Positions 12,221 through 25,169 of a DNA stretch of 64,000 nucleotides are shown in pieces. The stretch lies in NCBI RefSeq assembly GCF_018350175.1, contig NC_058368.1:122700001-122764000 (forward strand), in the 5' to 3' direction. Below the pieces are notes generated by a model. It saw nothing but the letters and a program-made list of their open reading frames with translations. It searched no databases and was not told the DNA's origin. The stretch comes from Felis catus (taxonomy: Eukaryota). The position numbers and the translations under genes are program-made. Position 1 is the first letter of the stretch. Each line of letters opens with the position of its first letter.

Positions 12221-13751
12221 CACAGGAGAGTATAGCTAGACATAGCCACCTTTACAGTGAGGTCATTCTGCCTGCCTTTTGTAGTGATGTTCTACAAAGT
12301 ACATTATCACTGATAGTGATTCTCAGTAAATGCCTCACCATGTTGAATAGCTGTTGAATGGCTTCTTGCAAATAGAATCTCACATCCCAAAAAGCAGAAA
12401 ATGCATGCATTTTACACTGCACACTTCATATGAATCACAAGGAGGAAGAGAGTCACACATAACCATTGATGTCCTTGGGTAGAATTAGAAGTTTACTGAG
12501 AACTAATGTGACTCTCTTACATGTTCTCAGCTCTCAGAAGTCACCTATTTCCCTTGAGACTAGAGCTATATTTCCTGGAGAAGCCAATCTCCCTATCCAC
12601 ATCTCCATTCTGACATAGTTTTCAGTAGCCATGAAACACCTTCCTGGGCTAATTTTACCATGCAATACAGTATATGTCCCAAACTCAAATCTGAGTCAAG
12701 TCTGTGTATGTCTTTGAATTCTCCAAGTCAACAAATAAAATAACAGAAACATCATACCTCTTAATTAACTTAATATATGACTCAACAAAGAAAGAAACCA
12801 TCGTTTGGAAGAGGGTTCTAAATAGTTTCTTGCAGAGTTGGATGATAGAACCTCTTCTTTTTATACTGTCTTTTTTCTTTTTTTCCATCTGAAAAAAACC
12901 TGATTCCAGGGAAAAGGCCTTGGAGACTTTCAGAATAAAGGGCACCCTGAACAGGAATGTAAGTACAGTCTGAGATCAGAAAAGAAACATCTGGACAATA
13001 AGCTGATGATAAGCACACATGGAATGTAGATAACAAGACGGATGGAAAACAGTCTTGTTGCTTCTCTCTGAATCACTCTTTCACTCCCATAGAGTGAACC
13101 ACAGATGGATGTCTGGAAGTCCAATGTGTTTAACTTCTCTTACATGTTCTATCCAGTGCCCAGTCTCTGCTTCATCAAGTTTAATAGTCAAGGCCATGGT
13201 CAGGGTGATTATCATTTCTGCTCTATCCTGGGAGAATGGTACTAGCTCCTTTATAGACCTTCTCAAGAATGGAATCAGGATTCAGGGCATACAAGGTAAA
13301 CATATCTTTCTATGACTCACATTGAGTGTGTCTCTCATAAATATTAGTAATATTTTTTAATAGTAAGCTAAAAGACTTCTTCCTAGTGATAAGCAAAAAA
13401 AAAAAAAAAAAAAAGAATGAATGGATATAGAGGTACAGTGAAGTATCTTGCCAAGATACATTGACACAAGGCACTTATTTGTCAGTGGTGTATTAAGGTT
13501 GTTTAGGTATAAATAGGAGGCAGATCTAAAAAGGTAGGTGCTCAAAACAAGACAAAAGAAAAACAACCCAGATTTGTTGAATCAATAAGTGAACCAATGA
13601 TTTGTATTCAAACCCCAATTTAGCAAATGTTTGATTTGTGTCCAGTTTTTAATCTCTTCTCCCCTCCCTCTACTTCCTTCAGCTACAAAATGGTAGTAAG
13701 TAGGATTGCATAAAATAATGTCCATAAAGTCCTTAGAACAGCACAAGCACA

Positions 13752-13919
13752 GGGGGTGCCTGGGTGGCTCAGTCAGTTGAGCAACCGACTTTAGCTCAGG
13801 TCATGATCTCACAGTTTGTGAGTTCGAGCCTTACACCAGGCTCTGTGCTGACAGCTCAGAGCCTGGAGCCTGATTTGGATTCTGTGTCTCCCTCTCTTTC
13901 TGCCTCTCCCCCACTTGTG

Positions 13920-13969
<50 letters not shown>

Positions 13970-13980
13970 AATAAATAAAA

Positions 13981-14010
<30 letters not shown>
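13752..14010 (+). mobile_element. CanSINE with long (CT)n, poly(A) and TSD
   Basis: Flanks agaacagcacaagcacag / agaccagcacaagcacag. Confidence 0.95.
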
Positions 14011-14011
<1 letters not shown>

Positions 14012-14763
14012 GACCAGCACAAGCACAGAGTAACTGCTCAATAAATAGGATCTATTTCTACTATTCTACTTGACAGCTTCACAGTCCTGAATAAATTGCT
14101 GGAGGATGTGAAGGGAGAGACCACACAAAAGAAGTGTTGGAAGAACTACTGAGGATGCTGATGGTGGTTTCACAGTGGTCCAGTTCCACTGTTCCTTGCT
14201 TTTGCTTATTTGCAGGTCTGCCAAAGGATCCAGAAACTTTCCTGCTAGCTGAATATATGAGTAGTTCTACCCAGGACACAGAGTTACATAAATACTTATC
14301 TAGGTGGTCACACGCTTTTCATATTCTTCTGTGAGGACCCTTAGAACTATACAGAGATTACGTGAAGGCAAGCTTGCACCATAGCTTTGCTTTCATATAC
14401 TTGATGTATCAAGGACCCACATAAGATTTTATTTATTGCAGCTTCCCTAAAAGTGTTGACAACATGTTGACTTGGAATATGAAGCCTATAGTCTCAAGAG
14501 TGAGACACAAATGAAAGAAACAAACACAAAATAAGGAACCGCAAGTGTAAATAGGGATGAAGATAAGGTTTTCTATTGCTGGGAATTCTGATTATTAAAT
14601 TTATGGTGAATTATTTTGGGGGGCAAAAGGGCATCACCAAATGTAGAAATGGCTGGGTGACTGAACTTGAATCTTTTCTACAGAAAGACTCACAGATGAC
14701 TATATTTTTTGCAAGAATCCTAGTAAAATGAATTTCAACACTGAATCTAAAATAGCTAATTTT

Positions 14764-14936
14764 GGGGACGCCTGGGTGACTCAGTCAGTTGAGCATCCGA
14801 CTTCAGCTCAGATCATTATCTCATGGCTCATGACTTTGAGCCCTGCATCGGGCTCGCTGCTGTCAGAGCAGAGCCTGCTTCAGATCTTCTGTCTCCCTCT
14901 CTCTCTGCCCCTCCTCCACTTAAGCTCTCTGTCTCA

Positions 14937-14972
<36 letters not shown>

Positions 14973-14991
14973 GAATAGCTGAGATTTAAAA

Positions 14992-15026
<35 letters not shown>

Positions 15027-15030
15027 ATAG
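14764..15030 (+). mobile_element. CanSINE with (TAA)n/(TAAA)n tail
   Basis: ggggacgcctgggtgactcag head; flanks aaatagctaattt / aaataggctaattt. Confidence 0.92.
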
Positions 15031-15267
15031 GCTAATTTCGTTTTTAAAAAGAAAAAAAATTCCTGCTGTGCAGAGCAATGGAAATGCTAAGACAAATAGT
15101 TTAGTGGAAATAGAAGGTCTTTCTTCATTTTTCTAAGTTTGGAAGCAGTTTTGAACGGAATTATTAACTTGTGTGTAACTGACCAGAATGTGGTTTGCTT
15201 GCTGAGTTCTTTTAGTTCCTTGGTTTTAGGTGACTTCGTGGTAAGTCTCGAGTCTTTCCTATGGTTT

Positions 15268-15902
15268 TGTAACCAAACCAAACAAGAGTTCATCCACACA
15301 ATGTGCAGCAAGCCAATAAAAACTAATATCCAACTTTTACAGTGAAGAAAGATAGGCTGTTTATTGGTGTGGCAGCACCCAGGAGAAAGGGGAGCTAAAG
15401 TTCAAAATCCCAAACTCCCTGAGGGCTTACAAGCAGGGGTTTTTTAAAAAGTGAAAACTCAGGGTAAAGGTCTCAGGGTCTTAGATCATAGTGGTTGATT
15501 AGGGACTAGGTCAGCCGTAAGTCCTTTCTTGATCATCGTGTCCCTTGTGGCAACTCCCTGTCTAGTTTCAGAGTGATTGTAGTGACGTGATCGTTCTGCT
15601 GCAGAAGCCTGGAACGTAAAACATTCCTGGCAGACTGTATTATCAGGGTCGTGTCCAGCGCACAAAGGAAGTTCTACATCCTGTGACTACTACAAGCCGC
15701 AAATTATTATTATTGTCTCTTGCAAACAACACATTATGTTTGTTATCTCAAGCAGAAGAGCATCCCATAGACTTCTTAGGAGGCAACTTTACGTTATTTC
15801 CTGAGACAATTTTTGTAGGTTTCTCATCACGTGACTCTCGTCCGAGGCAGCTGGGAGCCCCATGTTGCAATTCTGGGGCTTACATCTCCAGCTTTAGTTT
15901 CA
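15268..15902 (-). mobile_element. ERV1-class solo LTR
   Basis: TG...CA ends; tttattgg (antisense AATAAA) ~15360 followed by cccaaactccctgagggcttacaagcaggggtttttta, the usual antisense R/TATA layout. Confidence 0.6.
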
Positions 15903-16014
15903 TCGCCGAACAATGATGGAGACTGAAAGTTTGTGATCCTGGGAACAGAGGACAAGTGCCATCTTGGATCTAATCAGGACTAACACTGAATCCAACCTTC
16001 ACCATCAAGGGTCT

Positions 16015-16730
16015 TCTTTTAAAAGAACTTCTTCCTGAAGTATAACAGGGCACAAATCCTAAGTGTACAATTTGCAGAATTATGGCAAAGTAAGCAGACC
16101 TGTGCGACCACTTCCCAGGTAAAAAGCTAGAACATCACTATTCCTGCCTTTCCAAGATTCTGGCTACCCTGTCACATAGCACCATTATATATCATATATC
16201 TGGTATACCATATATTATACCATATCATACCATATCACATAATATCTGGTATACCAGATATTATATATCTGTAATTCTATAAATTCATTGCATATAAACA
16301 AACCCTGTGGTATCTAATCCTTTGTGTCAGGCTTTTTTCCCTCAGCCTGAATTTGTAAGATTTGCTTATATTTTTGTATGTGGCACGATTTCACTTGTTA
16401 TTATTATTGCTGTGTGGTATTCCATGGTGTGAGTTTATCTGTTCTGTTGGTGGACATTGGACTTGTATCCAGTTTGAAGACATCAAGAATAATGGTGGGA
16501 TAAATATCCTTCTAAAGACTTTTTCGTGAGCCAATACTTATATTTCTGTTGAGCATACATCTAGGAATGAAACTGCTGGGCCGTAGGTTTGCGTGTGTTC
16601 AATATTAATGGATAATGCTAAACAGTTTTCCAAAGTAGCTGCACCCACTTTTGGTCCTACTGGCAGTATATAAGAATTCCAGTTTCAATTTGAGAATGAT
16701 TAATCCTTTTAATTTTAGCCATGTTGGCAG
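16015..16730 (-). mobile_element. Old L1 (L1M) 3' fragment
   Basis: gctgtgtggtattccatggtgtg...ggacattggacttgtatccagtttg...atctaggaatgaaactgctggg. Confidence 0.8.
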
Positions 16731-16919
16731 GAAATAACCTCATTTTAATAATGTTTCTTTAGGCAGACGTTTTTGCCCTCTCAGCTAATTTTACATTCAC
16801 TTATCATTGTTGCATATAAATGTCACCTCATCATAAATCATCTCATAAAACTACATGTTCTAAAAGCTTAGTCTTCACAGGTTCCTGACTTTGCCACATT
16901 ATCTTCCACATGGAATAGT

Positions 16920-17170
16920 CATAATAATGATAAGTACATAAGATAAAATCTGTTGAAGGTTTATGACAGTCCAGATACTATATTCATTTATCTTAACATC
17001 ATTTAATTAATTTAACCCTCATAACACCACTAGGAGATAGGTTCTGGTATTATCCTCTTTTTACAGGGTTCAGCAATGAGGCCCAGAGAAATACACTCAC
17101 TTGTCCAAAGTCACACACAACTGGTATAAGTCATAAACAGTCCAACCTCAGAGCCAGTGTGTAAAAATAG
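16920..17170 (-). mobile_element. MIR
   Basis: tttaaccctcataacacc...tattatcctctttttacag...gaggcccagaga...acttgtccaaagtcacaca. Confidence 0.8.
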
Positions 17171-17720
17171 TTTACATCACTTCGTATCCACACGTAGTAG
17201 AAAATCCAGCATCCCACCATTATCCCCAAGAATTCCAGGAGGCTTACATTTTTCTCCTATTCATTTTTTTCTCACGCTGCTGACTTTTGATATGCAATTA
17301 TTGCCACTCTTATCTACCTGCCTTATTCTCTGGAAGGCTGGATGTGACCTGCAACATATTTTCCTCGATTTCCTTAAAATATCCCAATACAAGGAAATGC
17401 ATGACATTCGTCGAAGACAGTTATGTCACATCACAACAAAGCAAATGATATAAAATTTAATGTAAGGCTTTCATGTTCTTAAAATCCTCCTGCCAGCCAG
17501 ACTACTGAACAATTTGCCACTGGCCAGTTTCTTAGAGGGTCCTCTCACTGATACTGTTTTGTTTTTCCATTTCACTGTCTCTTTAATATTTCCTTTCATC
17601 TCTCCAAAGTAGAAATTCAACCCCAAAACGTGCATTTTAGAGCCTCTTGACCACTCATGGATTGCCCTAGAAAACTTTTAAAAACCTTCTTGCTCTGTTA
17701 TGCAGAACTCTTTAGGTCTT

Positions 17721-17940
17721 GGGGCACCCGGGTGGCTCAGTTGGTTAAGCATCCAACTTCAGCTCAGGTCATGATCTTATGGTTCACAAGTTCAAGACCC
17801 ACATCGGGCTCTGTGCCGACAGCTCAGAGCCTGGAGCCTGCTTCAGATTCTGTGTCTCTCTCGCTCCCTGCCCCTCCCCTGCTTACAGTCTGTCTTTCTC
17901 TCTCTCTCAAAAATAAACATTTAAAAACATTTTTTAAAAA
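17721..17940 (+). mobile_element. CanSINE
   Basis: Full body; agaactct on both sides. Confidence 0.93.
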
Positions 17941-18126
17941 GAACTCTGGAGTTCTTTTGTTCTTTTGATCTGATTTCTTGGGCCTTCAGTCGTTATCTTG
18001 GAGTCACTTCTTTCTCAACCAAAATGGATGATCATGGAGGTTTGCATTGTAGCCTTTTCTAATAACCTGATAAAATTCTGAGCCATGGCCTCTTCATTCC
18101 AGTCTCTCTTCTGGCGAAAGAAAACT

Positions 18127-18505
18127 TGTATCTGTTAGGTGAAAATACTGCTGCAACAAACCAACGTCAAAATGCATGCATAATGGCTCACTTACAAGAG
18201 TTTATTTCTTTCCCCTATCAAACCCATAATAGGTGTTCTGGAAAGGTGAGCGTCTCTCCTCCACAGGGCGATGCAGGTGCCTCCACTCCTTCCTTTCCAT
18301 GGCTCTGCTTCCTTCAACACATAGCTTCTCAGATTTCTGTCCTTTTTCACATCAGCTTGGGAAGAATGAGCATATGGAGGACAAGAGCCAGGAGATTTGT
18401 ATGAACTGCCTCTGACTGCTGGGCAATCTGAGACATGCATTGTGGCTGTGAGCCCAGGAGGAAGAGTTGATGGGTCTGGTGACAGGTGAGCAGTCTCTGC
18501 CCCTG
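18127..18505 (-). mobile_element. Old MaLR LTR (MLT1-like)
   Basis: tgtatctgttagg...ctgctgcaacaaac...gagtttatttct start; gggtctggtgacaggtgagcagtctctgcc end. Confidence 0.55.
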
Positions 18506-19485
18506 ACAAGTGTGGAACTCTGTCCTCTCTTGTTATGAATTGTGCCACTTCTCCCACCCCTTCTACACCAAAGTGAATCTAACAAAAATAGTTTCTGTCA
18601 TTTTGACATGTTTGTAAGCATGTCCAATTAAACACAAAGTAGGGACTGTGCCTATGAAATGGGTTTTGAGTGGCTTCAGATGCAATGGGACCAGGAAAGG
18701 AGAAGAAGCAAGAGGCCAAGGTTCATATGAATCAGAGAAAGGAAAGGAGGGGAGAGAAATAGTTTACCTGCATCACCGGTCCCAGGGTATTTCTTTGCCT
18801 TGATCATGTCTTTTATTTATAAATCCTTCATGTTCAAAGCCTCAACAAAGAATCCATACTTGGCAATTGTTTCCTGTGGGAAATAAAATAGGAAGGATGT
18901 GACTTCACAGATGGGGGAAATGGGAATTTCAAAGAGGCAGCAGTCACCAGTAAGCAATTCTGGGCAAGAATGTGGACTTCCTTGTTCATTTCATATAATA
19001 GCTAAACACTGCGTCTGTGTGTGTGTGTTGGGGGTGGGGGTGGGGTGTTTTGCTTGATTCCCCACCTCCCACTTTCTTCTCCATTGCTTAACCCCACCAC
19101 CATGCTCTTTGCCAAGAAAGTAGGTCGCTCTAGTCCAGAATTGACATTTTCCCATCATCTTCCAAAACTATTTTTATTTAGAACATGCTGGAAAACTAGC
19201 AAATTGTGTTCCAATTAAATTACTCTTTCTGTCTTTAACTGGTTGAAAACCTTTCCATCTTTTTCATTCCCATGTTTACTCTCAGGCAGTGAGTTCTCTG
19301 CTTTATGGATCTAACTACAGGGATTTATCTACAGACGTTCACTCTTCCTTAGATTATCAGAGGCAGGGTCAGTAAGTAGACACAAACAGGGTGTGACAGG
19401 TTTTTTACCTTTGGGTACTGTGATTTTGCCCCTCATTTGATAGTTGGCCTATTTATAGAGGTAGGGAAAATAAAGGGATAGACTT

Positions 19486-19718
19486 ATTTTTTTTTAATTT
19501 ATTTTTTAATTTACATCCAAGTTAGCTAGCATGTAGTGCAATCATGATTTCAGGAGTAGATTCCAGTGATTCATCCCCTATGTATAACACCCAGTGCTCA
19601 CCCCAACAAGTGTGAAGATTTATTTTTTAAATAAACTCTATGCCCAACATGGGGCTTAAACTCATGATGCCCAGATAAAAAACTGCATGCTTTACCAATG
19701 GAATCAGCCAAGCACCCC
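19486..19718 (-). mobile_element. Short CanSINE (19615-19718) joined to an L1 3' end (19486-19613)
   Basis: Antisense L1 terminus ttacatccaagttagctagcat...cccagtgctcaccccaacaagtg abuts the SINE; flanks aaagggatagact / aaagggacagtct. Confidence 0.85.
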
Positions 19719-20547
19719 ACAAAGGGACAGTCTGAAGATTTTTAATTACATATTGATAAGAACAAATATTGCTGATGATATCAATATAACACAGACAAAT
19801 ATTTCTTTAACCGTATATACTCCTAAGTGGAAGATATTTTGCCATGTTAAATAAAAAATGGGAAAATCTATGCGTAGTATCTTTGTGATGAAGAGACAAC
19901 AACCATCTTGGAATTAGAGATTACTCTGCTGATAAGTATTTTTCATTTGTATTTGAAAAGTAATTAGCTGAGCAAGTTACTTAACATTTCTGTGTCTTAC
20001 TTTTTTATTGGTAAAACAGAAATAATAATAGTAATGGTAATAATAATAATAATGATAATGATAATATCATTGACCTCTCTGATTATCTGGATGATTACAT
20101 GAATTTCTGAATGTAAAATGCTTAGCACAGTAGGCTCGTATAAACTACCTGTTCTACAAGGGGAAAAGTGATATCCTCAGCTAATGGATTATCATCTTGT
20201 TGACATGAACGCTTCCTCCCAACACCCACATGCACACACATAACAGAAACACAGTCAAGGAATATTAGTGTGTGGTGTGTACTCTACCAAGCTTTTATAA
20301 ACATGTACATGTTCATGTTCATATACTACCTATTTGTGTGCTTTATCTAGTAGAAATGAAAATGAGGTCTAATAACAATCCTGTTCTATAATTTGATTTT
20401 TTCCACTTTATGATTCTTGGTCTTTATTCTATTGTAAAGATCTATTTTAACATTTTGGCTTAGGATTCCATTGTATGAATGTGATGTTTACTTAACCAGT
20501 TTTCTACTGAAGGACATTTGGGCTCTTTTGAAATTTTCATTTTACCA

Positions 20548-20757
20548 GGGTGCCTGGGTAGCTCAGTCGGGTAAGTGTCTGACTCTTGATTTCGGCTCAG
20601 GTCATGATCTCGTATTTCTTGAGTTCAAGCCCTGTGTTGGGCTCTGCGCTGGCAGTGTGGAGTCTGCTTGGGATTCTCTCTCTCTCCCTGTCTCTCTGTC
20701 CCTTCCCCATCCTCTCTCCTTCTCTCTCAAAAAATGAATAAACTTAAAATAAATAAA
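20548..20757 (+). mobile_element. CanSINE
   Basis: gggtgcctgggtagctcagtcgg head, core and tail. Confidence 0.92.
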
Positions 20758-21144
20758 TGACTGCTTTCTTATGCCACTAAACATTTTTTGTTTCATTTTA
20801 CCAGTCAAAATAGTGAAAGTCCCACTTAGGATTATATCCACCTTTGAAATAGTCAAGGAAATATAATGAGGCAGGACTTCTACATTCCAAACTTTGTAAA
20901 GATCATGTGTTGTCATTGCAAAAGGCTCTGCTACAACCTGACTTGTTCAAGGTCCCATACTTAGTAAGTACTGAAATGAGACTCAAACCCAAGTCCCTTG
21001 CCTTTCAATACAATAGGTATCTTTGACAGAGGTGGAATATTGGTAAAGGTACTGGGCTTGGAAGAATTTGATTTTGATCTTAGAAACTAGGGGTCAGAGA
21101 TACTAAGTGAATCACCCAGAACCTCACACCTGGTAAGTGATAGG

Positions 21145-21681
21145 TGATAATAATCCTCTCCCTCACTAAACCCTAATCATACTCCTCTGAGTTTTCATTG
21201 GGACTGGACCTCAACCTAAGTCTATAAAGACTTGAACAAAACACTAACATAGTTTCAACAGCTTCAAGACTGCATCCCTAGGATGACCCCAGCCCCCTTA
21301 AACTGCCTGTCTGAGAAAACTGAAGGTTGACAAAAGAATTTAATGTGTTCTAGTCAGCACCTGAAGACCGTACCCCTGTCCCCCAGCCTCTGTGGCAGAG
21401 GAGGAGCCTAACTTCCCTAAGTGCTGCTTACCAAAGCAGATGGATTTCACATGGACCAACTCTCCCTTCCTTGTTTTTGTGATTTTTCACTTCCCTGACT
21501 CTGCTGAGCCACTGCTCACCCCCCTCCCTGTTCTCTCATTCTCCTTTTAAAACACCCAGTCACTCCTGTACAAATCAAAATTGAGTTCAGGTCATGCTGG
21601 ACATTCCTACTGCAATAGGCTATCATAATTAAAAGCTGTCCACACCCCTTCCACCAGTGTCTAGCTTTGTTTCTCTTTGAC
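21145..21681 (+). mobile_element. ERV1 solo LTR (MER67/MER31-like)
   Basis: TG...CA ends; catccctaggatgaccccagcccccttaaactgcctgtctgagaaaact and tgtacaaatcaaaattgagttcag...tttctctttgaca. Confidence 0.75.
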
Positions 21682-21933
21682 ATGGAACAAAGCTCCTCTA
21701 GAACCCAGGTTGCCCTTTCTAATCTTGAGCTTTTCAACGAATCCCTGGATTTTTTTCTTTTGAGGTACCAAAACCAATCTGAAACACTGCTGTGATACTG
21801 AGTCCAGTGGCTCAGTCTGCTGGGAAATTCTGCTCCATTTTCTCTTTTTCTTTTCTGGAAAGTGAAAGTTTAGCTCTGTGACTGATAGTTTCTATTCCTT
21901 TTGGCAGCAAAAAGATGAGAGATTATGAGCAGC

Positions 21934-22140
21934 TTTTTTTTTTTTTTTTTTAGTTTCTTTATTCTGAGAGAGAGAGAAAGCATGAGTGGGAGAGGAGTAG
22001 AGTGAGAGGGAGAAAGAGAGAGAATCCCAAGCTGGCTCTGCACTGTTAGCACAGAGATGGATGTGGGGCTCACACTCATGAACCGTGAGATCATGACCTG
22101 AGCCGAAGTCAGATACTTAACCGACTGAGCCACCCAGGCT
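21934..22140 (-). mobile_element. CanSINE
   Basis: Antisense body; atgagcagctttt on both sides. Confidence 0.92.
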
Positions 22141-22534
22141 CTCCTCCTCCCTGCTTTTTAAAAATGAGCAGCTTTTAGTGGCCTTGCTGTGACACCTATC
22201 TAAATCTATCCGCCTTGGTCTGCCGGGTTTCCTGGACTCTCCACAATCATTTAATCTTTGGAACGTTTCAATCAGCAGCTGTTTATCAAATGTATTTATT
22301 CGTAGGTACTCATTAGACCTTTTTAAAAAACAGATATGTATCATATTAGGGGTTTTTTTTAGATAGAAAGTTGAGAAATATGGAGCAGAGGATAATTTTG
22401 ATGCAGAAGAAGAAAAGAATTTGAATTTTGGGATACAAGAAGGAATGGCATGCAGAGTCAATATTATTGATTAGTCGCCTAAGTAAAAGGATTGTCAAAA
22501 TGGCAAAGGAAGTTTCTTTCTTGCTTTTGTTTTT

Positions 22535-24765
22535 CTTTTTTAAATATAACCACCTACTGAGGTATAATTCATATACCATATGAACTACTAATTTAGAGTA
22601 TACACTTCTAAGGTTTTTAGTATTTCTCGGAGTAGTACAACTGTCACCACAAAAAATGTTAGAACATCTTCATCAACCCCAGAAAGACATGTTTCACCCA
22701 TTAGCATTTACTCCCCATTTTCCCCAATGCCCTCCAGTCTCAGGCAACTGCTAACCCACTCTCTGTTACTATAGATTTGCAGCAAAGGAGGGTTTGTTTT
22801 GTTTTTACCACTTAACCATTTTTAACTGCAAAGTTTAGTACCATTAACACATTCACTAATCTGGTCTTACAACCGTCATGACCATTCATCCTCAGAACTT
22901 TCTTTATCTTCCAAAACTGACTCTCTGTACTCATTGAACAATAGTTCCCCATTCCCCTGCCCCCCTCTCATCCCTGCAATGACCACCCGACCTTTTCTCT
23001 GTGAATTTGACTATTTTAGGTACATGATGTAAGTGGAATCATACAATGTTTGTTCTCTTGTGACTGGCTTATTTCACTTAGCATGCTGTCTTCAAGGTTC
23101 ATTCATGTTATGGCATGTATCAGACTTTTTCTCCTTTTTAAGGTTGGATACTATTCCCTTGTGTGTAGAGACCACGTTTTGTTTATCCATTCATCTGTCA
23201 AGAGATATTTGAGTTGCTTCCATCTTTTGGCTACTGTGAATAGTGCTGCTATGAATATGGGTATTCAAATATCTGTTTGAGATCCTGCTTTTAATTCTTT
23301 GGTGTAGATACCCAGAAATGGAATTGCTGGAGTATATGATAATTCTATGTTTAGTTTTCTGAGGAACTGCCATACTGTTTTTCAGGGAGGCTGTACCATT
23401 TTACATTCCCACTAGCAATGCAAAAGGGTTCCAATTTCTCTACATATCTGCTAAGAGTTATTACTTTTTTTTTCATAATAGCCATCCTAACAGGTATGAA
23501 AGAATATCGCTTTATGATTTTGATCTGCATTTCCCTAATGATTAATGATGTTTTCATGGTCTTCTTGGTCATCTCTATATCTTCTTTGGAGAAACGTCTA
23601 TTTAAGTCCCTTACCCATATTCATTTTTTGTTTGTTTGTTTGTATGTTTTTTCCTTCACCCATTTTGAATTGTGCTGTTTGGTTTTTGTTGTTGAGTTGT
23701 AGGAATTCTTTATATTCTGGATATTAACACCTTATCTGACATATGATTTGCAAATATTTTCTCCCATTCCATAGATTGCCTTTTTACTCTGTTGATAGAG
23801 TCCTTTAACACACAGAAGTTTTAAATTTTGAAATTAAAAATAGAGTTGTGGGTCACCTGGTGGCTCAGTCAGTTAAGCATCCGAGTCTTGATCTCAGCTC
23901 AGGTCTTGATCTCAGGGCCATGCGTTCAAGCACAGCAGTGGGCTCCCTGCCAAGTGCTATATGATCCAGTAATTCTGCTACTGGTATTCGTCCAAAGAAT
24001 ATGAAAACACTAGCTGAAAAATACACATGCACCCCTGTGTTTATTGCAGCATTATTTACAATAGTTACGGGAGCACCCAGTGACCATCAATAGATGAATG
24101 GATAAAGATGTGGTATATATATATTCAATGGAATATTACTCAGCCTTAAAAAAGAATGGGATCTTGATATTTGCAACAACATGGATGGAACTAGAGAGTA
24201 TAATGCTAAGCAAAATAAGTCAGAGAAAGGCAAATAACATATGATTTCACTCATGTGTGGAATTCAAGAAAACAAATGAACAAAGATAAAAAGAGACAAA
24301 AAAAATAGACTCTTAGCTATAGAGAAAAACTGTTACCAGAGGGAGGTGGGTGGGGGGTGGGTAAAAACAAGCAAAGGAGATTAAGCTTATATTGATCATG
24401 ATGAGCACTGGGTAATGTATAGAATTCTCAAATCACCATATTGTACACTTGAAACTAATATAACACAGCATGTTAACTATACTGTAATTAAAACAATAAA
24501 AAAGTAAGTTTTATATTTTAATATAGTCCAATTTATTTTTTTTTTCTTTCATTGCTTGTGCTTTTAGTGTCACATCCAAGAAATCATTGCCAGAAACAAT
24601 GTCATGAAGAGTTTTGCCTGTGTTTTAAGAGTTTTATGGTTGTAGCTCTTATGTTTAGGTCTTTGATCCATTTTGAATTGATTTTTGTATATGGTATAAG
24701 GTAATGATCCAACTTCATTTTTTTGCATGTGGATATCCAGGTTAAGTGACACCATTTGTTGAAAG
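22535..24765 (-). mobile_element. Old L1 (L1M) 3' UTR/ORF2 fragments hosting nested insertions
   Basis: ORF 23351-23572 ([28 protein letters not shown]) is degenerate L1 ORF2p C-terminus; host resumes after 24519. Confidence 0.9.
23830..24505 (+). mobile_element. Carnivore L1 3' fragment carrying a truncated SINE (23850-23957)
   Basis: gtgtttattgcagcattattt...gatgagcactgggtaatgtat...aataaa; TSD aagttttaaatttt (23816-23829) / aagttttatatttt (24506-24519). Confidence 0.88.
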
Positions 24766-24863
24766 CAAACTAAGTGCTTAAAAGAAAATGTTTTATTTTG
24801 GGTTCCTCCAAAGCAGCGCCTGTGACAAGAACGCACCAACAGCTTATTTAGAAGGTGATTTCA

Positions 24864-25060
24864 GGGGCACCTGGGTGGCTCAGTCAGTTAAGTGGCCGAC
24901 TTTGGCTCAGGTCATGATCTCGCGGTTCATGAGTTTGAGCCTGGCATCAGAGCCTGCTTTGGATTCTGTTGTCTCTCTCTCTGTCTCTCTGCCCCTCCCC
25001 AGCTGTCACTCTGTCTCTTTCTCTCTCTCAAAAATAAATAAATGTTAAAAAAAAGTTTTT
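24864..25060 (+). mobile_element. CanSINE with TSD
   Basis: agaaggtgatttca on both sides. Confidence 0.94.
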
Positions 25061-25169
25061 TAGAAGGTGATTTCAGGAAGTAGGAGTGAGGAAAAAGGGG
25101 CAATTGACATAGAAAAGGATAAAAATCTAGTAAAAACGTGTATTATGGAGGCTACTGCCATTATTATTT

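Noticed and set aside
13032..13059. 8-bp stem hairpin aacaagac...gtcttgtt
   Set aside because: Too short to distinguish from chance
12240..13350. Unique stretch with overlapping ORFs; ILFVDLENSKTY loosely recalls the RT motif LFVDFEKAFD
   Set aside because: Flanking residues do not fit an RT alignment and no other motif follows; it would need a TBLASTN/HMM hit
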